Virus record (IMG/VR): IMGVR_UViG_3300032330_001915
Span: 1-29,533 of that record
Length of the DNA stretch: 29,533 bases
DNA from: a virus
Lineage: Duplodnaviria; Caudoviricetes
Direction: 5' to 3' (one strand)
Shown here: piece by piece, positions 7,437-17,283 of the stretch
Layout of the letters: every line of letters starts with the position of its first letter
Position numbering within the stretch: position 1 is the first letter of the stretch
Position numbers and translations under genes: made by a program
Notes under the pieces: generated by a model
The model's input: only the letters and a program-made list of their open reading frames with translations
Database searches by the model: none
What the model was told of the DNA's origin: nothing

Positions 7437-10122
7437 AATACAACTCGAGAATGGATTCCTCGACGTGAAGGAAGGGACAGTCTTCCCATTGAACTTCGCA
7501 GTCGGGGACATTCGTGACCTCACCAAGCGCAGCGGAGCCTTCTCAAAGACCATCACATTGGTTGGCAGCAAGAACAACAACGAGCTGCTCAATCATTACT
7601 ATGATGTCAACATCCAAGCTGGAACCTTCGACATCAACGCACTGACCAAGTGCAGCGTCATTCAGAACGGGGTGCCAATCATGGAGTCTGCGCTTCTTCA
7701 GCTGCTCTCAGTCAACAAGAATCAGCAGACCGATGCGTATGAGCAAGCTGTTGAATACGAGGTGCTCGTAAAGGATACCAGGGTCGAGTTCTTCACTGCG
7801 ATCACAAACAGGGAGCTGACTGACCTCGACTTCACTGACCTCAACCACACCTTCTCGGCTGCGGCAATCATCGATACATTTGACAACACTGTTGTTGATG
7901 GCTTCAAGTATGTGTTGCCATATGACAACGACAACATCTACAACGTGCGCCAGATGAAGCCAGCCATATATGCCAAGACATACTTTGACCGCATCTTCGC
8001 CACTGCTGGCTTTCAATACGAGTGGAGTGAATTGGCTGCTGCTCGCTTCGACAAGCTGCTCATCCCTTACAATGGGGACAGCAACACATTCGACAATCAG
8101 GACTATTTGGTTGAGGCAACAGATTCAGGTTTTGAGGTAGATACTCCGACAACATCATATGGCTCATATAGCAACGTCACAGGATGGACTGAAATCACTG
8201 ATGTGCAAGGCTCATTCAACCCATCGGCTGGAGTATACACAATACCAATAACGACCACCGCATCGGCTGGCACAGGCTACACGATGGAGTATGAGATAGA
8301 TTTTGACTTCATCCTGGACAACACAAGTGGCAATAACGCCATAAATAGTAACAATGCGCTGAATTGTCGGCCACGCATTGCTGCTGCATTTGGCTCATAT
8401 GTGGGTCAGTTCAGCAATATCACAGCTAATCAGACGGTTCCCATCAACACAACTATCGCACCAGGTCCAACGTCACTTATCAACGGCATTAAGACTGGTA
8501 CTGTTGCCATCACACAGAGCACATCTGGTTCGGGCATTCTCATTGCTGGTAGTACATTTCAAATAAAAATTGGAAATCATACAAGCTACACGGCATGGTT
8601 TAACACATCAACAAGCGCAGCAGCTGCTGTGAATCTTGTCATGAAGGTCAACAGGCTTCGAGTGCGCATCCTTCCAACTGCAAATATACAGGTGATTGGT
8701 GGCATCTTAGGAATGAATCAATATGTGCCGCTGAAAATTAAGCAGAGCGACTTTGTGAAGTCAATCTTTCAGATGTACAACCTATTCGCTGACAGCGATG
8801 TTGCCCAACCAAACAAGCTCATCCTTCGCCATCGTGACGAATACTATGACAGCGGAGCAGAGAAGGATTGGTCGGCCAAGCTGATGAAGGACAGAGAGCA
8901 GAATCTCATATTCCTACCTGACCTAACAGCCAAGAAACTCAAGCTCACATACAAGCCCGACAAGGATTCACCGAATGAGGTGTACACTCAAATGACTGAT
9001 GAAATTTATGGGCAGCTCGAGTACACCTTTGATAACGAATATGTCAAGGATACCGACACCAAGGAGCTCATCTTCTCACCGACTCCAGTAGTGTCCACGA
9101 CATTCGATTCATATGTGCCAGCTTTGAATGGTGAGGCACCAAAGACCAACATCCGCATCTTGTATGATGGTGGTCAGCAGTCATGCGGCTCATGGGACCT
9201 CATCGAGTACGGCACAACAGGTGTGCTCGGTGTCACTGTTTATCCGATGCTCGGTCACTTCGACAATGCGCTCACACCGACATTCGACATCAACTTCGCA
9301 ACGTGCGACTATTACTACTACACACCTACCACGCTGACTGCCAATACGCTTTACAATCTGTACTGGCGTAGAACAGTGAACCAGATAAATGTGGGCAAGA
9401 TGTTGGTGGCTTACTTCCACTTGAATGAGGCTGACATTCAGACACTCAAGCTCAATGACAAGATACGCATCGACAACTCATGGTGGAACATCAACAAGGT
9501 CATCGACTATGATGCCAACTCAGATGTCCCGACCAAGGTGGAGCTCATCAGCATTGATAGCGAGATTGACCTCGCTCCATTCGTAACAAATCCAGGAACA
9601 CCGACCTCACCGCCAATCACTTCCGTATCGAATGACAGCATCCTTGTTACCAAATCAACGGAAGCCAATATCAACCTATCGGGTCACGACGTCGTTGTTC
9701 TTGGCAAGGGAAACAACATCGGTGATGGTCTCAAAGGCTTGGTCATCGGTGACAACAAAACGCTCCAGGAGGATGGAATATTCACGCCACAAATCAACGG
9801 AGCCGCAGCTGTACAGCAGACATATGTGGCCTTGCTAACGCAAAGCAGAAATGATATGCCAACTACTTTGGTGATGGCCAATAATATTGGAGAAATCAGA
9901 TGGAATCGCTCTGCTCAAGGTATCTATGTGGGCACACCGCCAACACCATTTGAGCCTGCAAACACTTTTGTAATTATCGGCAATGTAGAACACGATCACC
10001 TTACTTCGGCATACATCAACAGCAGCGGAGAGATTGTGGTCAGAACAACCAACACGCAGAACCATCAACACAATGATGGCATATTATTAAACACACCAAT
10101 CGAAGTCAGAATCTATGGCTAA
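7429..10122 (+). CDS. Large tail tip/hub protein
   Basis: 897 aa adjacent to the tape measure gene; DIRDLTKRSGAFSKTITL N-terminus and IKQSDFVKSIFQMYNL motif flank a beta-rich insert. Confidence 0.7.
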   Translation: MVRIQLENGFLDVKEGTVFPLNFAVGDIRDLTKRSGAFSKTITLVGSKNNNELLNHYYDVNIQAGTFDINALTKCSVIQNGVPIMESALLQLLSVNKNQQTDAYEQAVEYEVLVKDTRVEFFTAITNRELTDLDFTDLNHTFSAAAIIDTFDNTVVDGFKYVLPYDNDNIYNVRQMKPAIYAKTYFDRIFATAGFQYEWSELAAARFDKLLIPYNGDSNTFDNQDYLVEATDSGFEVDTPTTSYGSYSNVTGWTEITDVQGSFNPSAGVYTIPITTTASAGTGYTMEYEIDFDFILDNTSGNNAINSNNALNCRPRIAAAFGSYVGQFSNITANQTVPINTTIAPGPTSLINGIKTGTVAITQSTSGSGILIAGSTFQIKIGNHTSYTAWFNTSTSAAAAVNLVMKVNRLRVRILPTANIQVIGGILGMNQYVPLKIKQSDFVKSIFQMYNLFADSDVAQPNKLILRHRDEYYDSGAEKDWSAKLMKDREQNLIFLPDLTAKKLKLTYKPDKDSPNEVYTQMTDEIYGQLEYTFDNEYVKDTDTKELIFSPTPVVSTTFDSYVPALNGEAPKTNIRILYDGGQQSCGSWDLIEYGTTGVLGVTVYPMLGHFDNALTPTFDINFATCDYYYYTPTTLTANTLYNLYWRRTVNQINVGKMLVAYFHLNEADIQTLKLNDKIRIDNSWWNINKVIDYDANSDVPTKVELISIDSEIDLAPFVTNPGTPTSPPITSVSNDSILVTKSTEANINLSGHDVVVLGKGNNIGDGLKGLVIGDNKTLQEDGIFTPQINGAAAVQQTYVALLTQSRNDMPTTLVMANNIGEIRWNRSAQGIYVGTPPTPFEPANTFVIIGNVEHDHLTSAYINSSGEIVVRTTNTQNHQHNDGILLNTPIEVRIYG

Positions 10123-12169
10123 TGAAATAGAAATACCTCTCAAGGTCTCAGGTGTTCAGTCACTCAAGGCCGAGCTCCGTTCACTCAAGGCAGCCATTGC
10201 AGAAGCATCTGACCCAGAACAAATGGCCGCCCTCGCCCAGAAAGCTGGTGAGGTAGCGGATAGAATAAAGGATGCCAATGATGCTGTAAATGTCTTCGCA
10301 TCCGGTTCGAAATTCGAGCAGATTTCCAACTCATTTGGAGGCATAAAGGACTCATTGATGTCACTCGACTTCGAGGAGGCATCTGAGAAAGCAAAGGTCT
10401 TCAGCAAGTCACTTGGTGGACTCAATGCTCAGGACATCAGCAAATCAATGAAGGGCCTCACGAGTACTGTCACCACTATGGGTGGCGCATTCGTTAAGCT
10501 CGGAGCGCAGATTCTCACCAATCCGATATTTTTAATCGCTGCCGTTGTCACAGCCATTGTGGTTGCTATTGGTATATGGTTGAATAAGATTGGTGTGCTC
10601 CAGAAAGCCATCGACTTCTTGATGATGCCAATCAACTTGCTCATCGATGCATTCAAGGAGCTGACCGATGCCATTGGTCTCACGAGCTATGAAGCTGAGG
10701 AGAACGCACGCAAGATGGAGAAAGCCAACGAGAAGGCATTCAAGTCATCTGAGAAGAAAACTGCTGCCATCTCCGACCAATATGATATCGAGATTGCCAA
10801 GGCAAAAGCAGCTGGAAAAGATACCACGCAGCTCGAGCTTGACAAATCCAAAGCAATCACCGATGCAGCAAAGGATAGGCTTGGAGATGCTCGCAATGAA
10901 TATTCCAAACTCAAGGGTCTTACTGATAAGGACAGCATCGAGCGACGCAAGGCATTGCGCAAGCGCATTGAGGAGGAAAATAAACTAATCAAGGATGGCT
11001 CAAAAGAACGTCAGCTTATTCAAATCGCTGACGATGCAGAAGAGAAAGCCAAAGAAGATAAGAAAGCGGAGGAAGCAAAGCAAAGAAGAGAGGCCGCCCA
11101 GAAGGCATACAAAGACGGCAAAGATGCCATCAGAAAAGAGATAGCAGCTGCCAATAAACTTGTGGCTGACTCTGCCAAAACAGAACAACAGAGAGAGGTT
11201 GATGACGTCAAGACCAAGTATGCTGCGTTAATTGCGGAAGCGCAAAAATACAAGCAAGATATCACTGGTCTTGAGAAGGCAAGAGAGACCGAAATCGCCA
11301 AGATAAATGAAGATGCAGCCAAGGCAGCAGCTGACAAGGTCAAGGCAGAGAACGAGAAAAAGTACGCCATCGAGGATGCTCAGTTCTTGAAGCTGCAAGA
11401 GCTCACGATGAGTGCCGATGAGTTCAAAAAATTTCAGCTCCAACAACAATACGATGCCGACATCGCAGCGGCAGCTGGCAACGCAGTACTTGAGACAGAG
11501 CTCACCAAGAAGTTGCAATCTGACCTCACCGCAATCGATGTGGAAGGCAACAACAAACGCAAAGAAGAACAAGATTCTGCCGATAAAAAAGCAATCGCAG
11601 CAGCTGCTGCTGTGGAAGAGCAGAAGCGATCGATTCAAATGCAAGGGCTTGAGGTAGCATCTCAAGGAGTCAAATTGATTGCAGGGCTATTCGAGAAGTC
11701 AAAAGGTGTGCAGAAGGCAGCAGTCATCGCTGAATCAGCCATCGGTATCGCCAAAATGATAATCGCCAACAAGACAGCAAACGTCGGAGCATTGGCAACA
11801 CCTCAAGCAATCGCCACATCAGGTGCGGCAGCGGCTCCAGTCATTGCACTCAACAACATCTCAACAGCCATCGGAATCGCTGGAAACATCGCAGCCACAG
11901 CCAAGGCATTGCAGTCATTAGGAGGAGGCACACCACCAACCCCTCCATCAGTTGGAGGCGGTGGAGGTTCAGCTGGAGGAGGGAATTCAGCCGTTCCATC
12001 ATTCGTGCCTGGTAACCTATTCGGTCAAGGTAACGCAGCCAACAACGTCGGTGCTACCAACAATGCAAATGGAGGGCAGAATATCACCGTCACCGCTGTG
12101 GTCAGTGAGACCGAGATGACAGCCACACAAAGTAAGGTCAACAAAATAATGAAAAACTCAGTACTATGA
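10115..12169 (+). CDS. Tail tape measure protein
   Basis: 684 aa, Ala/Lys/Glu-rich helical; NPIFLIAAVVTAIVVAI hydrophobic segment; Gly-rich C-terminus. Confidence 0.85.
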   Translation: MANEIEIPLKVSGVQSLKAELRSLKAAIAEASDPEQMAALAQKAGEVADRIKDANDAVNVFASGSKFEQISNSFGGIKDSLMSLDFEEASEKAKVFSKSLGGLNAQDISKSMKGLTSTVTTMGGAFVKLGAQILTNPIFLIAAVVTAIVVAIGIWLNKIGVLQKAIDFLMMPINLLIDAFKELTDAIGLTSYEAEENARKMEKANEKAFKSSEKKTAAISDQYDIEIAKAKAAGKDTTQLELDKSKAITDAAKDRLGDARNEYSKLKGLTDKDSIERRKALRKRIEEENKLIKDGSKERQLIQIADDAEEKAKEDKKAEEAKQRREAAQKAYKDGKDAIRKEIAAANKLVADSAKTEQQREVDDVKTKYAALIAEAQKYKQDITGLEKARETEIAKINEDAAKAAADKVKAENEKKYAIEDAQFLKLQELTMSADEFKKFQLQQQYDADIAAAAGNAVLETELTKKLQSDLTAIDVEGNNKRKEEQDSADKKAIAAAAAVEEQKRSIQMQGLEVASQGVKLIAGLFEKSKGVQKAAVIAESAIGIAKMIIANKTANVGALATPQAIATSGAAAAPVIALNNISTAIGIAGNIAATAKALQSLGGGTPPTPPSVGGGGGSAGGGNSAVPSFVPGNLFGQGNAANNVGATNNANGGQNITVTAVVSETEMTATQSKVNKIMKNSVL

Positions 12170-12615
12170 TAAGCTATCAAGCACTCGTCAACGAAATCAT
12201 CGCATTCTACAACGCACATCTTCAAGTCAAAAAGGTTAACTCTGACTTCAAGGAGCAGCTCTTCAACTTCGCTACCAAAGACGAGAAGTATCCGATTGTC
12301 TACATCGTGCCTGTGGATGCCATCCCAACTGAGAACACCAATGACTTCACACTTGAGATATATTGCTTCGACATCATCCAAAAAGACCGTGCAAACATCA
12401 ACACCATATTGAGTGACTGCCATCAGATTCTAATGGACCTTTATCTCAACTACACATTCAATGACAATGATCGTGATTTTGATGTGGTCGGCTTCCCAGC
12501 TTTGGTGCCGCTCAACAATGACCTCCTCGACTATGCTGCTGGATGGTTGATGACCATCACATTCACCATGGATTCCTGGACCGATTGCCAGATTCCTAAA
12601 CAAATCGGTGACTGA
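12166..12615 (+). CDS. Putative tail terminator/completion protein
   Basis: 149 aa, acidic, YPIVYI motif and alpha/beta pattern; structural context. Confidence 0.55.
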   Translation: MISYQALVNEIIAFYNAHLQVKKVNSDFKEQLFNFATKDEKYPIVYIVPVDAIPTENTNDFTLEIYCFDIIQKDRANINTILSDCHQILMDLYLNYTFNDNDRDFDVVGFPALVPLNNDLLDYAAGWLMTITFTMDSWTDCQIPKQIGD

Positions 12616-12626
12616 TTGCAATATAA
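12599..12626 (+). promoter_or_regulatory. Putative phage late promoter, copy 2
   Basis: AACA-N13-TTGCAATATAA, 3 nt before ATG 12630. Confidence 0.65.
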
Positions 12627-12629
12627 GTA

Positions 12630-13055
12630 ATGGGAAGGTACAAAAACACCGGCGAATACAACTACAAATATCCTCTAAGGAGACGAGTCGCCAACACACT
12701 CAAGAAAGTAATCAAGGATGAAGCTCTCATCGACACAGGTACGTTGTATGATTCGGTTCGCATCAATGCAAAGGTGAGCACTGAGGGCAACATTCGCATC
12801 GAAATTCTTGCCGCATACTATTTTGGCTACCTCAATAACGGAACAGCCACCATTGTACCATTTCACCTGGTGAAGAAATTCAACCAAGCACTTGAGATGA
12901 ATGGATTGATAGCTGAAATGTATGGAATGTATGTGCAAAATTTGGCACAAAATTTCCCGATTCTTGAGCTCGGTGGATTATTGCGAAAAAAGCCAAAGGT
13001 CATCTATGATTTCAAGCCGTTATTTGGTGAATTCAACTACGCACTCGACTACTAA
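12630..13055 (+). CDS. Putative neck/tail-completion protein (HK97 gp10-like)
   Basis: IDTGTLYDS and YFGYLNNGT resemble the DTGxLxxS...YxxYxxxGT pattern. Confidence 0.6.
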   Translation: MGRYKNTGEYNYKYPLRRRVANTLKKVIKDEALIDTGTLYDSVRINAKVSTEGNIRIEILAAYYFGYLNNGTATIVPFHLVKKFNQALEMNGLIAEMYGMYVQNLAQNFPILELGGLLRKKPKVIYDFKPLFGEFNYALDY

Positions 13056-13789
13056 ATCTCGAGCTCTTTTCTCATCGCCAAGAAATTAAACACAAGCACC
13101 AGCTTCATGTTAATTACTTGGTCGTATTTGGTGATGTCACCGTTGCACATGGACCAGATTAGCTGCTCCCAACCCCATTTTTGAGATGATTTCTCACGCT
13201 CCGCTTCTTTCTTTTCATCCGGGTCAGTGATGTCATTGAGGTCTTCAGCGACTTGCTCGGTCATCAGGTTCTTGTGGCTCGTGATGAAGGTATCTCTGAA
13301 TTTGATATACTCGGTAAGAACTCCATAAACTTTGGTGATTGGTTGGTCCAGGAAATAGTGCACCCGACTTGATGTCTTGAACTTGGTTGACTCCCACTGT
13401 GCAACCACATTGTCCTCCACAAGTTCTGGTATGCGATACAGCAGAGCGCATATGTTGGGAAGATACTGAAGATAGTCATTGGTGAAATAGTACTCCAGGT
13501 CTATAAACTCACCGAGAGTGAGGTCAGTCATTGGCTTGAGATAGAACTTGCCTATCCTATCGGCATACAATTTGCTCGGCTCGGTGTAGAGCCACTGAAG
13601 GTCCTTGAAGATTTCAGCCACCTCTGCGATGTCGAGGTCATCGAAGTCTTCAGGTAATGAGTCTGTGAGTACGCAGAGGATGTCGATGTTGTGGTTGAAT
13701 ACACCATCCTCACCTTTCAGTTGTCGAAGCTCAATGAACTGCTCAAGACTGACTTGATTCCACCTGTTCGGCAGTGTTGGTCTGGGCAT
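13052..13789 (-). CDS. Hypothetical protein, possible tail assembly chaperone; paralogue of the upstream minus-strand gene
   Basis: 245 aa; LPNRWNQVSLEQF and LTLGEFIDLE motifs; C-terminal KWGWEQLI...DITKYDQV. Confidence 0.65.
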   Translation of the reverse strand: MPRPTLPNRWNQVSLEQFIELRQLKGEDGVFNHNIDILCVLTDSLPEDFDDLDIAEVAEIFKDLQWLYTEPSKLYADRIGKFYLKPMTDLTLGEFIDLEYYFTNDYLQYLPNICALLYRIPELVEDNVVAQWESTKFKTSSRVHYFLDQPITKVYGVLTEYIKFRDTFITSHKNLMTEQVAEDLNDITDPDEKKEAEREKSSQKWGWEQLIWSMCNGDITKYDQVINMKLVLVFNFLAMRKELEI

Positions 13790-14291
13790 ACTCAGCGATT
13801 TTCTCAGTCACAAATACAATGTAAGGCACACACAACTCAGCCTTCTGAGTGCGGAATAACTTGGCCTTGTGCTTGAGATGGGCATCGGTGAAGTGCTCAG
13901 TGTTCGACAGGTCAGTGCGTTTGAACATGATCGCCATGATGTCACTGATGTAGTTGTTTGGCTTGGTGTTCACAATCTTCTCGATGAGCTTGGTCTCCTT
14001 CACTGAGAGCTTGAGCTGCGCCTCATAGGTGTAGCCATCCACCTCGATGCTTGTGACTGTTTCACTTGGAGTGAATGAATTGAGGTTGAATTCCTTGATG
14101 AGCTCAACAAATTTGCTGAATGGGTAGTCATCCCATAGCTCCTCTTTTATTCCAAGATATTTGAACATCTCAACATATCTCTCGATGTTGTCGAAGTCTT
14201 GGTTGTTAAGGATTTGGCTGATTTTTTCGAACTGCTCAATGGTCAGCTCGCTCATTTTGTTAGGGATTTCCTGGTCGAATACTTGTATCAT
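13743..14291 (-). CDS. Hypothetical protein, possible tail assembly chaperone
   Basis: 182 aa; IPNKMSELTIEQF and LSVKETKLIE align with the downstream gene. Confidence 0.65.
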   Translation of the reverse strand: MIQVFDQEIPNKMSELTIEQFEKISQILNNQDFDNIERYVEMFKYLGIKEELWDDYPFSKFVELIKEFNLNSFTPSETVTSIEVDGYTYEAQLKLSVKETKLIEKIVNTKPNNYISDIMAIMFKRTDLSNTEHFTDAHLKHKAKLFRTQKAELCVPYIVFVTEKIAEYAQTNTAEQVESSQS

Positions 14292-14306
14292 AAAAATTAT
14301 TTTATG

Positions 14307-14333
14307 AACAAAGATACAATTTTTGCAATATAA
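14307..14333 (+). promoter_or_regulatory. Putative phage late promoter, copy 3
   Basis: AACA-N12-TTGCAATATAA, 2 nt before ATG 14336. Confidence 0.7.
14309..14316 (-). promoter_or_regulatory. Bacteroidota sigma70 -7 element for the minus-strand gene pair
   Basis: Minus strand reads TATCTTTG (TAnnTTTG), 17 nt before the ATG at 14291. Confidence 0.5.
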
Positions 14334-14335
14334 GC

Positions 14336-15337
14336 ATGACCAAAGATATTCCAGTTTACAAAATTACCATCGAAGACGAGTACAGCGACGGCGAGAATCT
14401 TGGAATTGAGATGATAGCGTTTACGAAAACTCCAGCCATAAAGGTTCGTGGCTTAGCTTTCAGCGCAGATAAAAAAATGATTTTCGCTGACGATCTAAAG
14501 TATCGCATCACGGCACCGGCAATGATACCTATGGACATCTACCGCAACAGCAAAGAAGATGGCGAGTATTATGTGCAGTTCACTGCTGAGGTCATCGACA
14601 AGATTCACTCGAAATTCATGGCTGACCTCCGCAATCGTGACATCTTCAACCTGGAGCATGACACAGAAAAGAAGGTACCAGCCTACATCCTTGAAACATG
14701 GGTCGTGGACAACCCAACCAAAGACAAAGCATTGAGCACATTTGGCATCGACGTACCGAAAGGCACTCTAATGTTGACTGTTCAGGTAACTGACCCCGAG
14801 TACTACAACAAATTGGTTGAAGATGGGCAAGTCGGTTTCTCCATCGAGGGCTTTCTTGGTCTTAAATTATCGGAACAATTAAACACAAATAACATGAACA
14901 AGTTACCAGATGGAGAATATCTTGTTGAGGACAAAATCTACGTCATGAAAGATGGCGAGGTTGTTGAAATCAAAGAGATGCAAAAAGAAGAACCAGTTGC
15001 TGAAGAGCCAGTTGCTGAAGAAATGTCAGCTGAGCCAGTAGCGTTGGAAGACACAACAGTTGATGAGACAGTCACTGAAGATGCAACCATCACTGATGAA
15101 GAGATGGCTATCGACCCGACAGCAGATTCTGAAGCGATTCTTGCAATCGTGATGCCTGTGATTGAGGAGCGTGAGAAGGCATTGATTGCCATGATTGCAG
15201 ACCTTCGCAATCAGATGGAAGAGATGTACGCTGAAGAAACACAAGCAGAACTTGGAGCAACCGACAACAAAACAAAGATGTCAGTGCAAGAAAAGTTCAC
15301 CGCAGTAAGTAAATTTTTAAACCTAAATAACCAATAA
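14336..15337 (+). CDS. Prohead protease (XkdF-like) with acidic scaffold-like C-terminus
   Basis: NLEHD and VGFSIEG catalytic-type motifs; EEPVAEEPVAEE acidic tail; precedes the capsid gene. Confidence 0.85.
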   Translation: MTKDIPVYKITIEDEYSDGENLGIEMIAFTKTPAIKVRGLAFSADKKMIFADDLKYRITAPAMIPMDIYRNSKEDGEYYVQFTAEVIDKIHSKFMADLRNRDIFNLEHDTEKKVPAYILETWVVDNPTKDKALSTFGIDVPKGTLMLTVQVTDPEYYNKLVEDGQVGFSIEGFLGLKLSEQLNTNNMNKLPDGEYLVEDKIYVMKDGEVVEIKEMQKEEPVAEEPVAEEMSAEPVALEDTTVDETVTEDATITDEEMAIDPTADSEAILAIVMPVIEEREKALIAMIADLRNQMEEMYAEETQAELGATDNKTKMSVQEKFTAVSKFLNLNNQ

Positions 15338-15349
15338 AAACCAACCAAA

Positions 15350-16282
15350 ATGAGCAGAAAATTAAGATTCGACTTGGACATTGACGCATCGGCGTTATTG
15401 CAAGCAAACAGCGAGGCATTCTATTCTCGTGCGTATTTGAACGAGGAAGTTGCTGACAACTACCGTACACTTCCAGGTGTCAAATATAAGACTAAAATTT
15501 CGACCGTAACTTTCGGTCAGGTCCTCCAGGCAGAGAACTGCGGATGGAACGCAAGCGATGACGACCTCTCATCTGTTGAAATTGACGTATGTGGATTATC
15601 GGCAATGGCCGAGGTCTGCCAATTCAATTTGGAACAATCATTCGTATCATTGCAAATGACAAAAGGTTCTAATGGTGACTTCACTGTTGCATCTTTCATG
15701 GACTTCTACTGGAATGAAATGGCTAAGACAATCGCCGAGAACATCGAAAAACTTCGTTGGTTAGGTGATACAACTTCATTGGTACCAGCACTTGCATTGT
15801 GCGATGGTTATGTGAAAGGATTGCTTGCTGATTCAGCTGTGATTGACATCGCTTCACCAGTTGCGATCACTCCATCAAATGTCCTTGCTAAATTGGCTTT
15901 AGTTTACGCTGCTATCCCAGCTGCTGTAATCGCCAACCAAGAAGACTTGAGAATCTATGTATCGACTCCAGTTGCTACGGCTTACCGTGCTGCTGTTGCT
16001 GCTGCCAACACTCAAGCCAACTTGACTCAAGCTCTTGACTTCACATACTTAGGCATCAAGATGGTATTGTGTCCTGGTATGGGTACGACATCCAAAATTG
16101 TCGCTACGTTGAAAGGCAATCTTATATACAGTTTTGATGCTGAAGGTGATGGCAAAGCATTGCGTGCTATCAACTTAGCAGACACAGTTGCTGAGCCGGT
16201 TATCCGTACTCGTGCAAACATGAAAGTCGGATTCACTCACGTGAATGGTGGAGAGATTGTATTCTACAACGCAGCTGCCTAA
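15350..16282 (+). CDS. Major capsid protein
   Basis: 310 aa after the protease; HK97-fold-like E...WLGD...CDG pattern; followed by a strong terminator. Confidence 0.85.
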   Translation: MSRKLRFDLDIDASALLQANSEAFYSRAYLNEEVADNYRTLPGVKYKTKISTVTFGQVLQAENCGWNASDDDLSSVEIDVCGLSAMAEVCQFNLEQSFVSLQMTKGSNGDFTVASFMDFYWNEMAKTIAENIEKLRWLGDTTSLVPALALCDGYVKGLLADSAVIDIASPVAITPSNVLAKLALVYAAIPAAVIANQEDLRIYVSTPVATAYRAAVAAANTQANLTQALDFTYLGIKMVLCPGMGTTSKIVATLKGNLIYSFDAEGDGKALRAINLADTVAEPVIRTRANMKVGFTHVNGGEIVFYNAAA

Positions 16283-16289
16283 ATAATTT

Positions 16290-16317
16290 AGGGGGGTGAA
16301 ATTCCCCCCTTTTTTTT
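16290..16317 (+). terminator. Intrinsic terminator after the major capsid gene
   Basis: AGGGGGG-TGAAATT-CCCCCCT followed by a T run. Confidence 0.85.
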
Positions 16318-16339
16318 AACTGACTAAATTCAAAAAAAA

Positions 16340-16852
16340 ATGTGTGAAGCTTTAGAAACAATCGTAAAATCGTGCGACAACAATAGTGGTGGCATCGAAA
16401 AGATTTGGATTAATCAGCAAGACAATATAGATACCGCCGTTGTTCCAACTGGCACATGGGAGATAAATGACATCAATTTAATGGTCGGTGCTCCTGACTA
16501 TACTCCATTCGAAATACGTCGCAACACTGGAAGCTATGTTGAAGATGCAGCCATTGACCTTGTGAATGGTTCATCTTATGTCACTGCGACCATCACGTTG
16601 ATGTTCCACAGACGTGACCAGGACAAATCTCAAGCCATCAAAATCTTGGGTGCTGGTCAACAATACCTCAACGCAATTGTGAAGGATATGAATGGGAAAT
16701 ATTGGTACTTCCCATACCTTCAGTTGAGCGCAGTTGGTGAAGGCTCTGGCCAAAATCGTGCAGATGGTAGTAAGTATTCCGTGACTTTGGTGGCGGAGAA
16801 TGACTATCTTGCATACGAAATCGCAGAGGCTGCTGTACTTGCTGTTATTTAA
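16340..16852 (+). CDS. Major tail tube protein
   Basis: 170 aa; C...C...SGGIEKI N-terminus, NGSSY, IVKDMNGKYW and G...ADGSKYSVTL pattern seen in Bacteroidota siphovirus tube proteins. Confidence 0.7.
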   Translation: MCEALETIVKSCDNNSGGIEKIWINQQDNIDTAVVPTGTWEINDINLMVGAPDYTPFEIRRNTGSYVEDAAIDLVNGSSYVTATITLMFHRRDQDKSQAIKILGAGQQYLNAIVKDMNGKYWYFPYLQLSAVGEGSGQNRADGSKYSVTLVAENDYLAYEIAEAAVLAVI

Positions 16853-16870
16853 TTTGAAATAACCTACTCA

Positions 16871-16899
16871 AAGAGCCATCCAAACGGGTGGCTTTTTTT
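16871..16899 (+). terminator. Intrinsic terminator after the tail tube gene
   Basis: AGAGCCATCC-AAAC-GGGTGGCTTT followed by a T run. Confidence 0.8.
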
Positions 16900-16906
16900 G
16901 TTTGTG

Positions 16907-16934
16907 AACATTTTTTGACCTATTTGCAATATAA
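16907..16934 (+). promoter_or_regulatory. Putative phage late promoter, copy 4
   Basis: AACA-N13-TTGCAATATAA just after a terminator, 5 nt before ATG 16940. Confidence 0.7.
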
Positions 16935-16939
16935 CTATA

Positions 16940-17281
16940 ATGATATACATCAATAAAGGAGAGGTGAATTCGATTGTGCTGACGCTGACAGAGGTGTCAA
17001 CACTTACTTCACCTTATTATTTGTTCGTTTTTCAGAACGAAATGAACCCAACATCCGACACGATTCTCTTCACCGCACCTGATGACTCCGACTATCCAGA
17101 GAGATTCAATCTATTCTACCTGGATGAGCCTGTTGATGTCGATCTCGTGAAGGGACAATATACATACAGCGTTTATGAGTCAACCATACCGCCCACAGAA
17201 ATCAGTGACACCACTGGAGTGGTCATTGAAGAGGGCAGAATGGTTGTCAGTGGCGCATCAACATCATCAATTTACGACTAA
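16940..17281 (+). CDS. Putative beta-sandwich virion protein
   Basis: 113 aa, GQYTYSVYE...IEEGRMVV; upstream of portal. Confidence 0.65.
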   Translation: MIYINKGEVNSIVLTLTEVSTLTSPYYLFVFQNEMNPTSDTILFTAPDDSDYPERFNLFYLDEPVDVDLVKGQYTYSVYESTIPPTEISDTTGVVIEEGRMVVSGASTSSIYD

Positions 17282-17283
17282 TC

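Noticed and set aside
10156-11665. Several 69-145 aa minus-strand ORFs
   Set aside because: Antisense shadows of the Ala/Lys/Glu-rich tape measure gene with Ser/Leu/Phe-biased, motif-free translations
13743-13789. Programmed -1 frameshift joining the two minus-strand genes (G/GT style)
   Set aside because: No XXXYYYZ slippery heptamer in the 47-nt overlap, and the second gene has its own ATG with a full paralogous N-terminus
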